Below are positions 9,032 through 17,338 of a stretch of DNA of 64,000 nucleotides, one piece after another; positions within the stretch are counted from its first letter, which is position 1, and the number at the start of each line of letters is the position of its first letter. The stretch covers positions 1,664,001 through 1,728,000 of the forward strand of contig OZ257156.1 in the NCBI GenBank assembly GCA_965279375.1, written 5' to 3'. A program made the position numbers and the translations under genes. The notes under the pieces were generated by a model. It did no database searches. It was not told where the DNA came from and saw only the letters and a program-made list of their open reading frames with translations. The DNA comes from Gemmatimonas sp. GTDB lineage: Bacteria > Gemmatimonadota > Gemmatimonadetes > Gemmatimonadales > Gemmatimonadaceae.

Positions 9032-10111
9032 CTACGGTCTCCAGTCGGCGATGAAGAGATTCGTTTCGCCGGCCTTCGCATCGAAGCGATTGGAGGCCCA
9101 GATCAGTTGCTTACCATTGGGGCTGAACATCGGGAACCCGTCGAACTCCGGATTCGTGCTCACCTGCTCGATTCCGGTGCCGTCCATCTTCACGATGAAC
9201 AGGTCAAAGTTACGACTGCGCGGGTTCTTGTGGTTGGACGAGAAGATGATGTGCTGTCCGTCCGGCGTCCACGAGGGACCGAAGTTGGCGCCGCCGAGGT
9301 TGGTGATCTGCTTGTTGTTGGACCCGTCCGCGTTCATGACGAACAGTTCCATGCGATTCGGGCGGATCATGCGCTTGCTGAGCAGGTCGCGATACGACGC
9401 GATCGAATCCGGATTGGTCGGATGCCAGGCGCGATAGACGATCTTGGTGCCATCGGGCGACCACCACGGTCCGCCATCGTAGCCCGGCGTGGTGGTCAGC
9501 TGCTTCACGTCGGTGCCGTCGACATTCATCGTGTAGATGTCGAGGTCCCCGCCCTTGAGCGACGTGAAGACGATACGCTTGCCGTCGGGGGAGAGCACAC
9601 CTTCCGCCGTGTAGACGCCGTAGTTGGTGAGGCGCTTGAGATCCTTTCCATCGCGTCCGACAGTGTAGATGTCGAACGGATCGATGCCCCAGACGTAGCC
9701 CTTGGACGGATCCGGCTTGGCCGGGCAAGCGGTGTCAGCGGCGTGCGTCGAACCGAAAAAGAGGCGCTTGCTGCCGGGAAGGAACCAGCCGCAGGTGGTT
9801 TTGCCGCCGACGGAGACCTTGGTCAGCCCCGTGCCGTCCGGGCGCATGACGTACTGCTGATCGCAGGTGCGGCCGTCGCGCGTGGATTGGAAGGTGATCC
9901 ACTGCCCGTCGGCGCTGAAATAGGCTTCAGCGTTCTCGCCGCCGTTGGTGAGCTGGCGAATGTTGGTCAGATGAGATTCGCCGGCTTCGGCCGGCACGGC
10001 GGTGCGGGCGGCGCCTGTCACGGCGGACGGCGCGGCACTCGGCACGCGGCTGCAGGCGGCCGCGGCGACGACGACGGCGGCCAAAATCAGAGCGGAATTG
10101 GATGTACGCAT
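9032..10111 (-). CDS. TolB-like PD40 beta-propeller lipoprotein
   Basis: Lipobox AAAC; repeats GENAEAYFSADG, GYDGGPWWSPDG, ANFGPSWTPDG, FDGFPMFSPNG. Confidence 0.88.
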   Translation of the reverse strand: MRTSNSALILAAVVVAAAACSRVPSAAPSAVTGAARTAVPAEAGESHLTNIRQLTNGGENAEAYFSADGQWITFQSTRDGRTCDQQYVMRPDGTGLTKVSVGGKTTCGWFLPGSKRLFFGSTHAADTACPAKPDPSKGYVWGIDPFDIYTVGRDGKDLKRLTNYGVYTAEGVLSPDGKRIVFTSLKGGDLDIYTMNVDGTDVKQLTTTPGYDGGPWWSPDGTKIVYRAWHPTNPDSIASYRDLLSKRMIRPNRMELFVMNADGSNNKQITNLGGANFGPSWTPDGQHIIFSSNHKNPRSRNFDLFIVKMDGTGIEQVSTNPEFDGFPMFSPNGKQLIWASNRFDAKAGETNLFIADWRP

Positions 10112-10174
10112 GCGGCTAACCGTAGACGGCCACAGCTGTTCCGGCAATCCGCACCATTACGAAGGCACAATCCA

Positions 10175-10207
10175 GACGGGTGCGGAGCGTGACGCCCCGC
10201 ACCCGTC
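10175..10207. terminator. Hairpin 10 bp after the stop at 10218
   Basis: GACGGGTGCGG / CCGCACCCGTC arms. Confidence 0.55.
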
Positions 10208-10217
10208 CGGCATTGGA

Positions 10218-10479
10218 TCACTTCAATTCAATGACTTTGACACCGGCCAGCGAGCCGGCGGTACTCACATAGCCCACTCGATAAGGTGCGCCGTTATCGG
10301 CCGCCGACCACGGAGATGGTGCCGGGAACGCTCGCGACGGCATTGATCGCGGCGTGGGTGGAGAGCGATGACTGGGTGCTCTGCGCCTGCGCGCCGGTCG
10401 CGATGGCAACGGAAGCGATGATGGCGGACGCGGCGATGGCTGCCAAGAGTGGCAGCGAAGAGTTGCGAGGGGGGCGCAT
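10218..10479 (-). pseudogene. Small secreted protein, apparently frameshifted near 10308
   Basis: Signal-peptide ORF 10294-10479 (...AQA-QS) continues plausibly in another frame (SAADNGAPYRVGYVSTAGSLAGVKVIELK) to 10218, followed by a hairpin. Confidence 0.45.
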
Positions 10480-10602
10480 GGATGGGATTGGCCGTGTGAA
10501 GCCAGCATCGAGCTGCGTCGCCCGTGACTAATTCATCGGCAATCCAGCAGAAATCTTTAGCACGGCATCGTTTGCTCTGTCACGTGAAGCAACGCTCAGG
10601 GC

Positions 10603-10640
10603 AAAGAAAACCGCCCGGATCGAGTGCTCGATCCGGGCGG
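10603..10640 (-). terminator. Rho-independent terminator of ctpA
   Basis: CCGCCCGGATCGAG / CTCGATCCGGGCGG 14-bp stem; AAAGAAAA on + gives the U-tract on -. Confidence 0.85.
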
Positions 10641-10671
10641 CGTTAACCATTGTTACGCTGCTGCGCGTCGC

Positions 10672-12279
10672 CTACTTGGACCCGCTCTTCGCGAGCGCGG
10701 GCTTGCCTTGCGGCAAGAGTGCTGCGGCGGCGAAGACGTCCTTCTGTGTCGTGCTCTTGCGGAGCAATTCGATTGCCTTGCGCAGCTGGTTGTCATCGTT
10801 GAGCTGATGACGCTTCACGGCGGTGTCGCCGAAGGCGAGCTTGGCAACGCGCTCTTCGATGGCGCGATCGACATCAGCGGCGCCGGCGTCGAACATGGCC
10901 TTGTCGATCTTGACCGAGTCGGCGGTGAGGCGACGATAGAGGTCTTCGCGCCACGCCGGGTTGATGGCGAAGTCGGGCTTAACCTTCCCCTTCTGTTCTT
11001 CGGCGATGGCCTGCAGCTGCTGTAGATACTTCTGGGAGGCAGGTGCGAGCGCGCGGCGCAGCTTCTGCTCGGCGGTCGTCAGCGTATCGGCGGCGACGTA
11101 AACGTCGGGCGTGATGGCACCACCGCCGTACAGCGTGCGGCCGCTGGCGGACTTGTACGTCGGCTTGGCCTTGCGTGCCGAATCGGACTCGATGGAGTCA
11201 GGCGCGACTTCGACGAACTGTCCGTTGTCGTTGAACTTGCGCTCCTTCTGAATGGAGCGACCCGACGGCGTGTACCACTTGCCCGTGGTGATCTTGAGCG
11301 CGTAGCCGCCATCGAGGTTGTAGACGCTCTGCACGAGGCCCTTGCCGAACGACGTGGTGCCGAGGACGAGGGCGCGATCGTAGTCCTGCAGCGCGCCGGC
11401 AACGATTTCAGCGGCGGACGCCGAGTAACCGTCGACGAGCACGACGAGCGGGACATCCGGTGCGAGCGGATCGTTGTTGGCGACGAACTTCTGGAAGTCA
11501 CCGCGACCGCGGACGCTGAGCAGTTCCTTGCCCTTGGGGAGGAACAGGTTGGACATCGCGAAGGCTTCTTCGAGGATGCCGCCCGGGTTGCCGCGCATGT
11601 CGATGACGATGCCCTTCGCGCCCTGCTTGCGCAGCGAGGTCACCGCTTCGACGATGTCCGACGTTGTCTGCTCGCTGAAGCGCTCGAGCGGGACGTATCC
11701 CACCTGCGGATCGATCATCATCGAGTAGCGAACGGCCGGCACGTGGATTTCGGCGCGCTTGAAATCGAGCTTGATCGGCTGGGGCACGCCGGGGCGCATG
11801 AACTGCACGGTGACGGCGCTGCCGACGGGCCCGAGTAGCTTGCTCTGAGCCTTCTGGGTGTCCCAGCCGCGGGCGGAGAAGGTGTCCACCTGGAAGATGC
11901 GATCGCCTTCCTGTACGCCGCGCGATTCGGCCGGAGAGTTGTGGAAGACCTTATTGATGGTCACCCACTCGCCGATCTTGGAGATCTCCATGCCGATGCC
12001 GGCGTAGCGACCGTTGGTGTTGCGGGCGAACTCCTCCATCTGCTTGGGAGAGAAGAGTTCAGTGTAGGGGTCGTTGAGTTCCTTCACGAGGCCACGGGCG
12101 GCCTTTTCGTAGAGCGCCTGCGCGTCGAGCGTATCGACGTAGCGCAAGGCAACGAAGGTGAGGACCTGATCGAGGAGCTGCGCGCCGCCCCGCGAGGCGC
12201 GCGTCTGAAGGGCGAACCCTCCGGCGAGCACTGGGAGGAGGACGAGACTGGCCAGGGCGGCCTTGCGGGTGCGTGTCAT
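10672..12279 (-). CDS. ctpA: S41 carboxyl-terminal processing protease
   Basis: Signal anchor, PDZ (GIGMEI), DMRGNPGG, SASAAEIVAGALQD, TSFGKGLVQ, TPSGRSIQ. Confidence 0.95.
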   Translation of the reverse strand: MTRTRKAALASLVLLPVLAGGFALQTRASRGGAQLLDQVLTFVALRYVDTLDAQALYEKAARGLVKELNDPYTELFSPKQMEEFARNTNGRYAGIGMEISKIGEWVTINKVFHNSPAESRGVQEGDRIFQVDTFSARGWDTQKAQSKLLGPVGSAVTVQFMRPGVPQPIKLDFKRAEIHVPAVRYSMMIDPQVGYVPLERFSEQTTSDIVEAVTSLRKQGAKGIVIDMRGNPGGILEEAFAMSNLFLPKGKELLSVRGRGDFQKFVANNDPLAPDVPLVVLVDGYSASAAEIVAGALQDYDRALVLGTTSFGKGLVQSVYNLDGGYALKITTGKWYTPSGRSIQKERKFNDNGQFVEVAPDSIESDSARKAKPTYKSASGRTLYGGGAITPDVYVAADTLTTAEQKLRRALAPASQKYLQQLQAIAEEQKGKVKPDFAINPAWREDLYRRLTADSVKIDKAMFDAGAADVDRAIEERVAKLAFGDTAVKRHQLNDDNQLRKAIELLRKSTTQKDVFAAAALLPQGKPALAKSGSK

Positions 12280-12385
12280 GCGGCGGCTCGAAATGGGGGT
12301 GTACCAGCAAACCTGCTCTGTCGTACGCGAGGCGCGGAGCTCGGTTCCCTGCCGGGACACGAGGGGACGCCAAAACTGCTTGTCG

Positions 12386-13267
12386 TCAGGGCTCCTCGCG
12401 AGGGCGAGAGCCAAGCACGTAGTCCACCTGCCAGACCCGTTCGTACTGACGGATCCCGATATCCCGCACGAGTCCCGCGCTCAGCAACATCTCATGCGCT
12501 GGTTGTAGGACGCGCTGGAGGTGTGATGGATAACGTTGCGTGAGGGGAAGTTGTTCGGCCAGTCGTTCGAGCGGGATGCGCCAGGAGAGGCGTCCGTCAG
12601 CGCGGGCGACCTCGAGCATCCGGTACAAACGGCGCGCTACCGGGGACGACAGCGCGTGGTATCGGGTGCTCGACAGGGTGATCGTGTGCCGAGCGGCGAG
12701 GTTGGCGCGCACCGTGGGGGAGATGATCACGCGGGCGTCGCCCGGTTCGCCAGTGGCGAGATTGCCGAAGAGGTGGAGCTGTTCGCGGTCCGCCACCCGA
12801 CGGCGCTGAACGGCGACCGAGGTGAGGATCGTGAAGCTGATGTCGCCGTGGCCCGAGGTTGCGGACCAGTAGGCGCCGACCGACTCGAGGGTGGTGCGTT
12901 CGAGACGGGTGAGGGCCGCGCGCAGCTGTTCGTAGGTGCGGCCGTCGGCGCGACGGCCCATCGACCGGAGAAACGCATGCAACGTGAAGGTGACCGCGCC
13001 ATCGGCGGGAGCACCCATCTCGTTGTAGCGGTGCAGCAGTTCGACGTAGACGTCCTGATCGAACGTGCCGGGCAAGCGGTCGCCGGCCATGGGGATGACG
13101 CGCCAGCGCCCGCCGTTGTCCGTGAGGAACGAAACGGGGGCGTCGTCCGCCGAATCACTGAGGCGGAAGAGGGGCAGCTCCTCGAGCGAGCGATCGAGGA
13201 TGACCCCACGCACGGCGGGTCGCTTGCGAGCAGCGAGTGTCATCAGCGATGGAAGCTGTGCGTCCAT
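12386..13267 (-). CDS. Plasmid-type replication initiator protein A (RepA/TrfA-like winged helix)
   Basis: EELPLFRLS; LPGTFDQDVY; FTLHAFLRSMG..GRTYEQLRAALTRLERT; YHALSSPVARRLYRML; LQPAHEML; QLHLF at 12767-12781. Confidence 0.8.
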   Translation of the reverse strand: MDAQLPSLMTLAARKRPAVRGVILDRSLEELPLFRLSDSADDAPVSFLTDNGGRWRVIPMAGDRLPGTFDQDVYVELLHRYNEMGAPADGAVTFTLHAFLRSMGRRADGRTYEQLRAALTRLERTTLESVGAYWSATSGHGDISFTILTSVAVQRRRVADREQLHLFGNLATGEPGDARVIISPTVRANLAARHTITLSSTRYHALSSPVARRLYRMLEVARADGRLSWRIPLERLAEQLPLTQRYPSHLQRVLQPAHEMLLSAGLVRDIGIRQYERVWQVDYVLGSRPREEP

Positions 13268-13327
13268 CCCTCGTAGCGCCAGCGGTTTGCGCGATTTCGT
13301 TCCAGTCGGTTCTCGGGTGTGGTACGG

Positions 13328-14062
13328 CTACGCGAGCAGCAATACCTGCCCACTGACGTTGCGTGCGGCATCGCTGGCGAGAAATGCGACGACATCGGCG
13401 ACCGACTCACGCTCGACGTACTCGGTGGAGTCGGCCATGTTGCTGAGATTAGCGGCGGTGCGGACGGCGGTGGGCGCGACGGCGTTGGCGCGCACGCCAT
13501 GCGCGCGCTCATCGGCGGCGACGGCGCGCATCATGGCGAGCACGGCGCTCTTGGCAGCAGCGTACGCGCCCAAGCCTTCTGGTTTTGCGCCGGGGAGTGC
13601 TGCAGCCGACGCGAAGTAGACAAACGCGCCGCGGCCGGTGCGCACGGCTGGCAGAAAGGCGCGTGTCGCGTTGTGCGCTGTGTCGAGGTTGATGACGAAT
13701 TGCTTCTGCCACGCGGCGTTGTCGGTGCTGTCGAGCGGGCCGGTGAGCCCGAAGCCGCCGGCGGCACAGACGACCGCGTGCACAGCGCCGCCAAAGCGAT
13801 CACTCGTTGCGGCGATGACCTCGTTGGCGACCGTCTGCGCGGCCTCACCATCGGCGAGGTTGGCGGCATGCGCCGACACGGTGTAGCCCAGCGCACGCAG
13901 CGTTGCCGCGCGCGCCTCGACTTCGGCGAGCGTCAGATCGAGCAGGGCGAGCGTGGCGCCGCGCTTTGCGAAGCCCAAGGCGAGCGCTTCTCCAACCTGT
14001 CCGGCGCGACCGACGCCAGTGATGACGACGAGCTTGTTCGCGAATTCATTTGTGGACTCCAT
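13328..14062 (-). CDS. Short-chain dehydrogenase/reductase
   Basis: ITGVGRAGQVG, YAAAK, VRANAVAP. Confidence 0.9.
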   Translation of the reverse strand: MESTNEFANKLVVITGVGRAGQVGEALALGFAKRGATLALLDLTLAEVEARAATLRALGYTVSAHAANLADGEAAQTVANEVIAATSDRFGGAVHAVVCAAGGFGLTGPLDSTDNAAWQKQFVINLDTAHNATRAFLPAVRTGRGAFVYFASAAALPGAKPEGLGAYAAAKSAVLAMMRAVAADERAHGVRANAVAPTAVRTAANLSNMADSTEYVERESVADVVAFLASDAARNVSGQVLLLA

Positions 14063-14101
14063 GCGCGCCGTCTCCGGTGGAGCGTGGTCCCGCGAGGCTG
14101 G

Positions 14102-15205
14102 CTACGGCTTGAGTGCGCGCAGCGCGTCGGCGACGGCGTCGAGGCAGTGGGTGAGCCCCTCCACCGTGTGATCGCCCATGTGTCCGATGCGGAACGACGT
14201 CGCCTTCACCTTGCCATAGCCACCGCCAATCACGAAGCCGCGTTCGGCGACGGCCTTCACCAACGCCTCACCACCGATGCCCGCAGGAAGCGCGATGGCC
14301 GTGACTGTTGGTGAGCGTAGTCCGTCGAGCGCGCCGATGCACATCGGGACGTCGATGGCTTCGCGGGTGCGCACAAGCCACGCCTGCGTCAGCTGCTGCA
14401 TGGCCGCATGCCGAGCCCAGCGGGCTTCGATCCCTTCGCGGGCAATCGCTTCGCCCTGCAGCAGCGTGGCGTAGAGCAGCGAGATGGCGGGTGTGTTGGG
14501 TGTCTGGTTCTTGTGCGCGTAGTGCTCGAACTCGAGCACGTCGAAGTAGCGACCGCGTGCGGTGGAGTGCTTCGCGCGCTCGAGAAAGCGTTCGGATACG
14601 ACCGCGAACGCGAGCCCCGGCGGCAACGCGAGCGCCTTTTGGGAGCCCGTGAGCACGACGTCCAGGTCCCATGCGTCCGTCTCGACGGGTGCGCCGGCGA
14701 TGCCGGTCACGCTGTCCACGAGCACGAGCACGTCGTGTGCGCGCGCCAGCTTGGCGATGGGCGCGAGATCGGTGAGTGCGCCGGTGCTCGTTTCGGAGTG
14801 CACAACGGTGAGCGCCGAGTAGCGCTTGGCCTTGAGTGCCGTTTCGATCTGGTCAAGCGCGACGACGTCGCCCCACGGCGCGACGAGTTCGGTGACCTCG
14901 CGGTCGCAGGCGCGCGCGATGTCGGCGAAGCGTTCGGAGAAGGCGCCGTTGACCAGCGACAGGATGGGGCCCGGCGGCGAGCATCGCACCGCCATCTCCA
15001 TGAAGCCCGTGGCCGACGACGTGCTCACGTAAACCGGGCGGGTGGTGCGAAAGATCGGCTGCAGCGAAGCGACTACACGCGCAAACATCGACTCGAACGC
15101 CGCACCGCGATGCGGGAGCATCGGTGCAAGCATCGCTTCGAGAACTTCGCGGCGAACTTCTGTGGGTCCCGGAAGAAAGAACGTCCCGAATGCCGGCGCG
15201 GTCAT
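14102..15205 (-). CDS. Class V PLP aminotransferase (serine-pyruvate/AGT type; probable phosphoserine aminotransferase)
   Basis: FLPGPT, HSETSTG, VDSV, TGSQKAL, FRIGHMG; in the serA/serB operon. Confidence 0.88.
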   Translation of the reverse strand: MTAPAFGTFFLPGPTEVRREVLEAMLAPMLPHRGAAFESMFARVVASLQPIFRTTRPVYVSTSSATGFMEMAVRCSPPGPILSLVNGAFSERFADIARACDREVTELVAPWGDVVALDQIETALKAKRYSALTVVHSETSTGALTDLAPIAKLARAHDVLVLVDSVTGIAGAPVETDAWDLDVVLTGSQKALALPPGLAFAVVSERFLERAKHSTARGRYFDVLEFEHYAHKNQTPNTPAISLLYATLLQGEAIAREGIEARWARHAAMQQLTQAWLVRTREAIDVPMCIGALDGLRSPTVTAIALPAGIGGEALVKAVAERGFVIGGGYGKVKATSFRIGHMGDHTVEGLTHCLDAVADALRALKP

Positions 15206-15873
15206 GCCGTTTCCTTGAGCAGCAGGTCGTGCAGCGCGGAGAAGTCACGAGCCTCGGCGTCGGCGACGGCGACCACGTTGGGGCGACGCGCCACACCCGT
15301 GTAGGCGATGAAGCTGTTGGAGAGGCCGCGCACGGCCGCGTCGGTGGAGCCGTCGCCCACCATCACCATCGGCTTCGGCAACTTGAGGTTAAAGAGCGTG
15401 GCCGGCTTGCCGCGCTGCGTGGCGAGCGGTTGCTCGCCATCGAGACCGATGTAGCGATCGTCATCGTCGAAGCGCAGCGAGACGGCGTGGACGCGAGAGG
15501 GTGGCACCTCGAGATACTCCGCCAGTGGCAGGATCGCTTCGCGCAGACCGCCGCTGAGCAGCGTGACTTCGCTGCCCGACTGAGCCAGTACCGCGCAGAG
15601 TGCGCGCGCGCCGGGCTGCACGGCTTTTACGTAGGCGTGGCCGAGTGCGGCGACTTCGATGCGCGTGGGGCGAATGATCGCGAGGCGTTCGGCGTAGACC
15701 GACTCGAGCGGGATTTCGCCGGCCATCGCACGATCGGTCAGCGCGGTGATCTCGCGCGCGACCTCCTCCCCGCGCAGAGCGGCGAGCCAGTCGATGCCTT
15801 CGAGCGACGTGAGCGTGGAATCGACGTCGAGCACCACGGACGCAAAGCGCGCCTTGGACTGCGTGATCGTCAC
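15202..15873 (-). CDS. serB: HAD-IB phosphoserine phosphatase
   Basis: LDVDSTL, ITALTDRAMAG, LLSGG, MVGDGSTD; overlaps both neighbours by 4 bp. Confidence 0.88.
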   Translation of the reverse strand: MTITQSKARFASVVLDVDSTLTSLEGIDWLAALRGEEVAREITALTDRAMAGEIPLESVYAERLAIIRPTRIEVAALGHAYVKAVQPGARALCAVLAQSGSEVTLLSGGLREAILPLAEYLEVPPSRVHAVSLRFDDDDRYIGLDGEQPLATQRGKPATLFNLKLPKPMVMVGDGSTDAAVRGLSNSFIAYTGVARRPNVVAVADAEARDFSALHDLLLKETA

Positions 15874-17288
15874 AGAACGTTTCCGGGTGCGAGGATGCCG
15901 TGTGGGTCGAACTCGTGCTTGAGCGCGCGAATGACCCGCTGCTGCGCATCGCTGGCCTGCAGCGGGAGCCACTTGCGTTTGATCTTGCCGATGCCGTGCT
16001 CCGCGGCGACGGTGCCGCCCATGGCCACGACCTCGCGCAGCGTTGCCGCCACGACCGCTTCGATGCGGACCAATTCGGTGGCGTCGTGCGCGATGAAATT
16101 CTGGTGCGGATGACCGTTGCCCGCGTGTCCGTACGCGACGGCTTGTGGCACGCCGTGTTGGTCGGCGATGGCGCGCGCGATGCGCAGGGCGTCGGCGAGC
16201 TTGGGATACGGGACGGCCCAATCCGTGGAGACTTTCCGTCCACCGGCGGGGCGGCAGACAGCACCGCGTTCGTTCATGGTGGCGGGCACCGCATGTCGCA
16301 TGCGACGTGCGTCGCGCAACGGCGCCGGCGCGTCGTACACCTTGATGTCGGACGCCATCGCGTGATGCGCTTCCGCGAGTTCGAGCCACGCGTCGAGCGG
16401 CAGCTCGTCGTCGGCGGTGGCTTCGTTGGCGCCGGTTTCTTCCACGTAGACCATCGCCTGCGCGTCGGCGGCCCAGCCGGTGCTGCCTTCTGCAGCGCGC
16501 GCGATCGTCATGGCGCGTTCGTCGAAGAATTCGAGGCAGCGCGGATAGACGTTGGGTGAACGACGTGCGGCCACCACAAAGGCCAGCGCGTCAGCTTCGC
16601 GCGCGAACGGCACCGCGAGTCCCAGCACCTGCGCGGGCAGTGGCAGCAGTCCGAGTTCCGCTTCCACCACAACGCCGAGCGTGCCTTCGCTGCCGATGAA
16701 CCATTCGACGGGGTCGTGCGCGATGGGATAACCGACGGTGTTCTTCTCGAGAGCAGGTCGGCGCAGTTCGAGGCGTTCGCCGTCGGCGGTGAGTACCGTC
16801 AGCGCGCGTACATGCGGACCCGTGGCGCCGTAGCGCAACGAGCGTGCGCCGGATGCATTGCAGGCGATGGCACCACCTACGGTGGACTCTTCTTCGCTGG
16901 TGGGGTCGGGCGTGAAGAGCAATCCAACCGCTTCTGCCGCGCGGCGTACATCGGCCACGACGGCACCGGCACCGACGCGAATGGAGCGGGCGTCGGTGTC
17001 CACCTCGTGCATGTGCGACAGGCCGCGCATGGAGAGCAGCAACCCGCTGTCCACGATGGACGCGCCGGTGGTGCTCGACTGCATGCCGGCCGGCGTGACG
17101 TGAGTGCGCGAGGCATTCGCCTCGCGCAGCAGCGCTGCCACCTCCTCGATCGATGCCGGACGCACGACGCCCTCCGGCACGAGCTCGAGGCCGGACGCAT
17201 CACGCGCGTACGCGCGACGCACATCGAGATCACGCTCGATGGCGGGGGTGTCCGAACTCGTTGGCAGGTGCGGTGCGGTAGCAGTCAT
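15870..17288 (-). CDS. FAD-binding 2-hydroxyacid dehydrogenase (GlcD/D-2-hydroxyglutarate dehydrogenase-like)
   Basis: PDPTS, TVGGAIACNASG, GSEGTLG, YGHAGNGHPH, AEHGIGK, DPHGILAPG. Confidence 0.88.
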   Translation of the reverse strand: MTATAPHLPTSSDTPAIERDLDVRRAYARDASGLELVPEGVVRPASIEEVAALLREANASRTHVTPAGMQSSTTGASIVDSGLLLSMRGLSHMHEVDTDARSIRVGAGAVVADVRRAAEAVGLLFTPDPTSEEESTVGGAIACNASGARSLRYGATGPHVRALTVLTADGERLELRRPALEKNTVGYPIAHDPVEWFIGSEGTLGVVVEAELGLLPLPAQVLGLAVPFAREADALAFVVAARRSPNVYPRCLEFFDERAMTIARAAEGSTGWAADAQAMVYVEETGANEATADDELPLDAWLELAEAHHAMASDIKVYDAPAPLRDARRMRHAVPATMNERGAVCRPAGGRKVSTDWAVPYPKLADALRIARAIADQHGVPQAVAYGHAGNGHPHQNFIAHDATELVRIEAVVAATLREVVAMGGTVAAEHGIGKIKRKWLPLQASDAQQRVIRALKHEFDPHGILAPGNVL

Positions 17289-17338
17289 GCGGTAGCCGTC
17301 ATGCGGTTCAGCGAGTTGGTGCGCGTGGCCTGACGTGT

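Noticed and set aside
12280..13327. Integrated plasmid or origin around the rep gene
   Set aside because: Flanking gaps are short and GC-rich, with no iterons, DnaA boxes, att sites or mobility genes seen.
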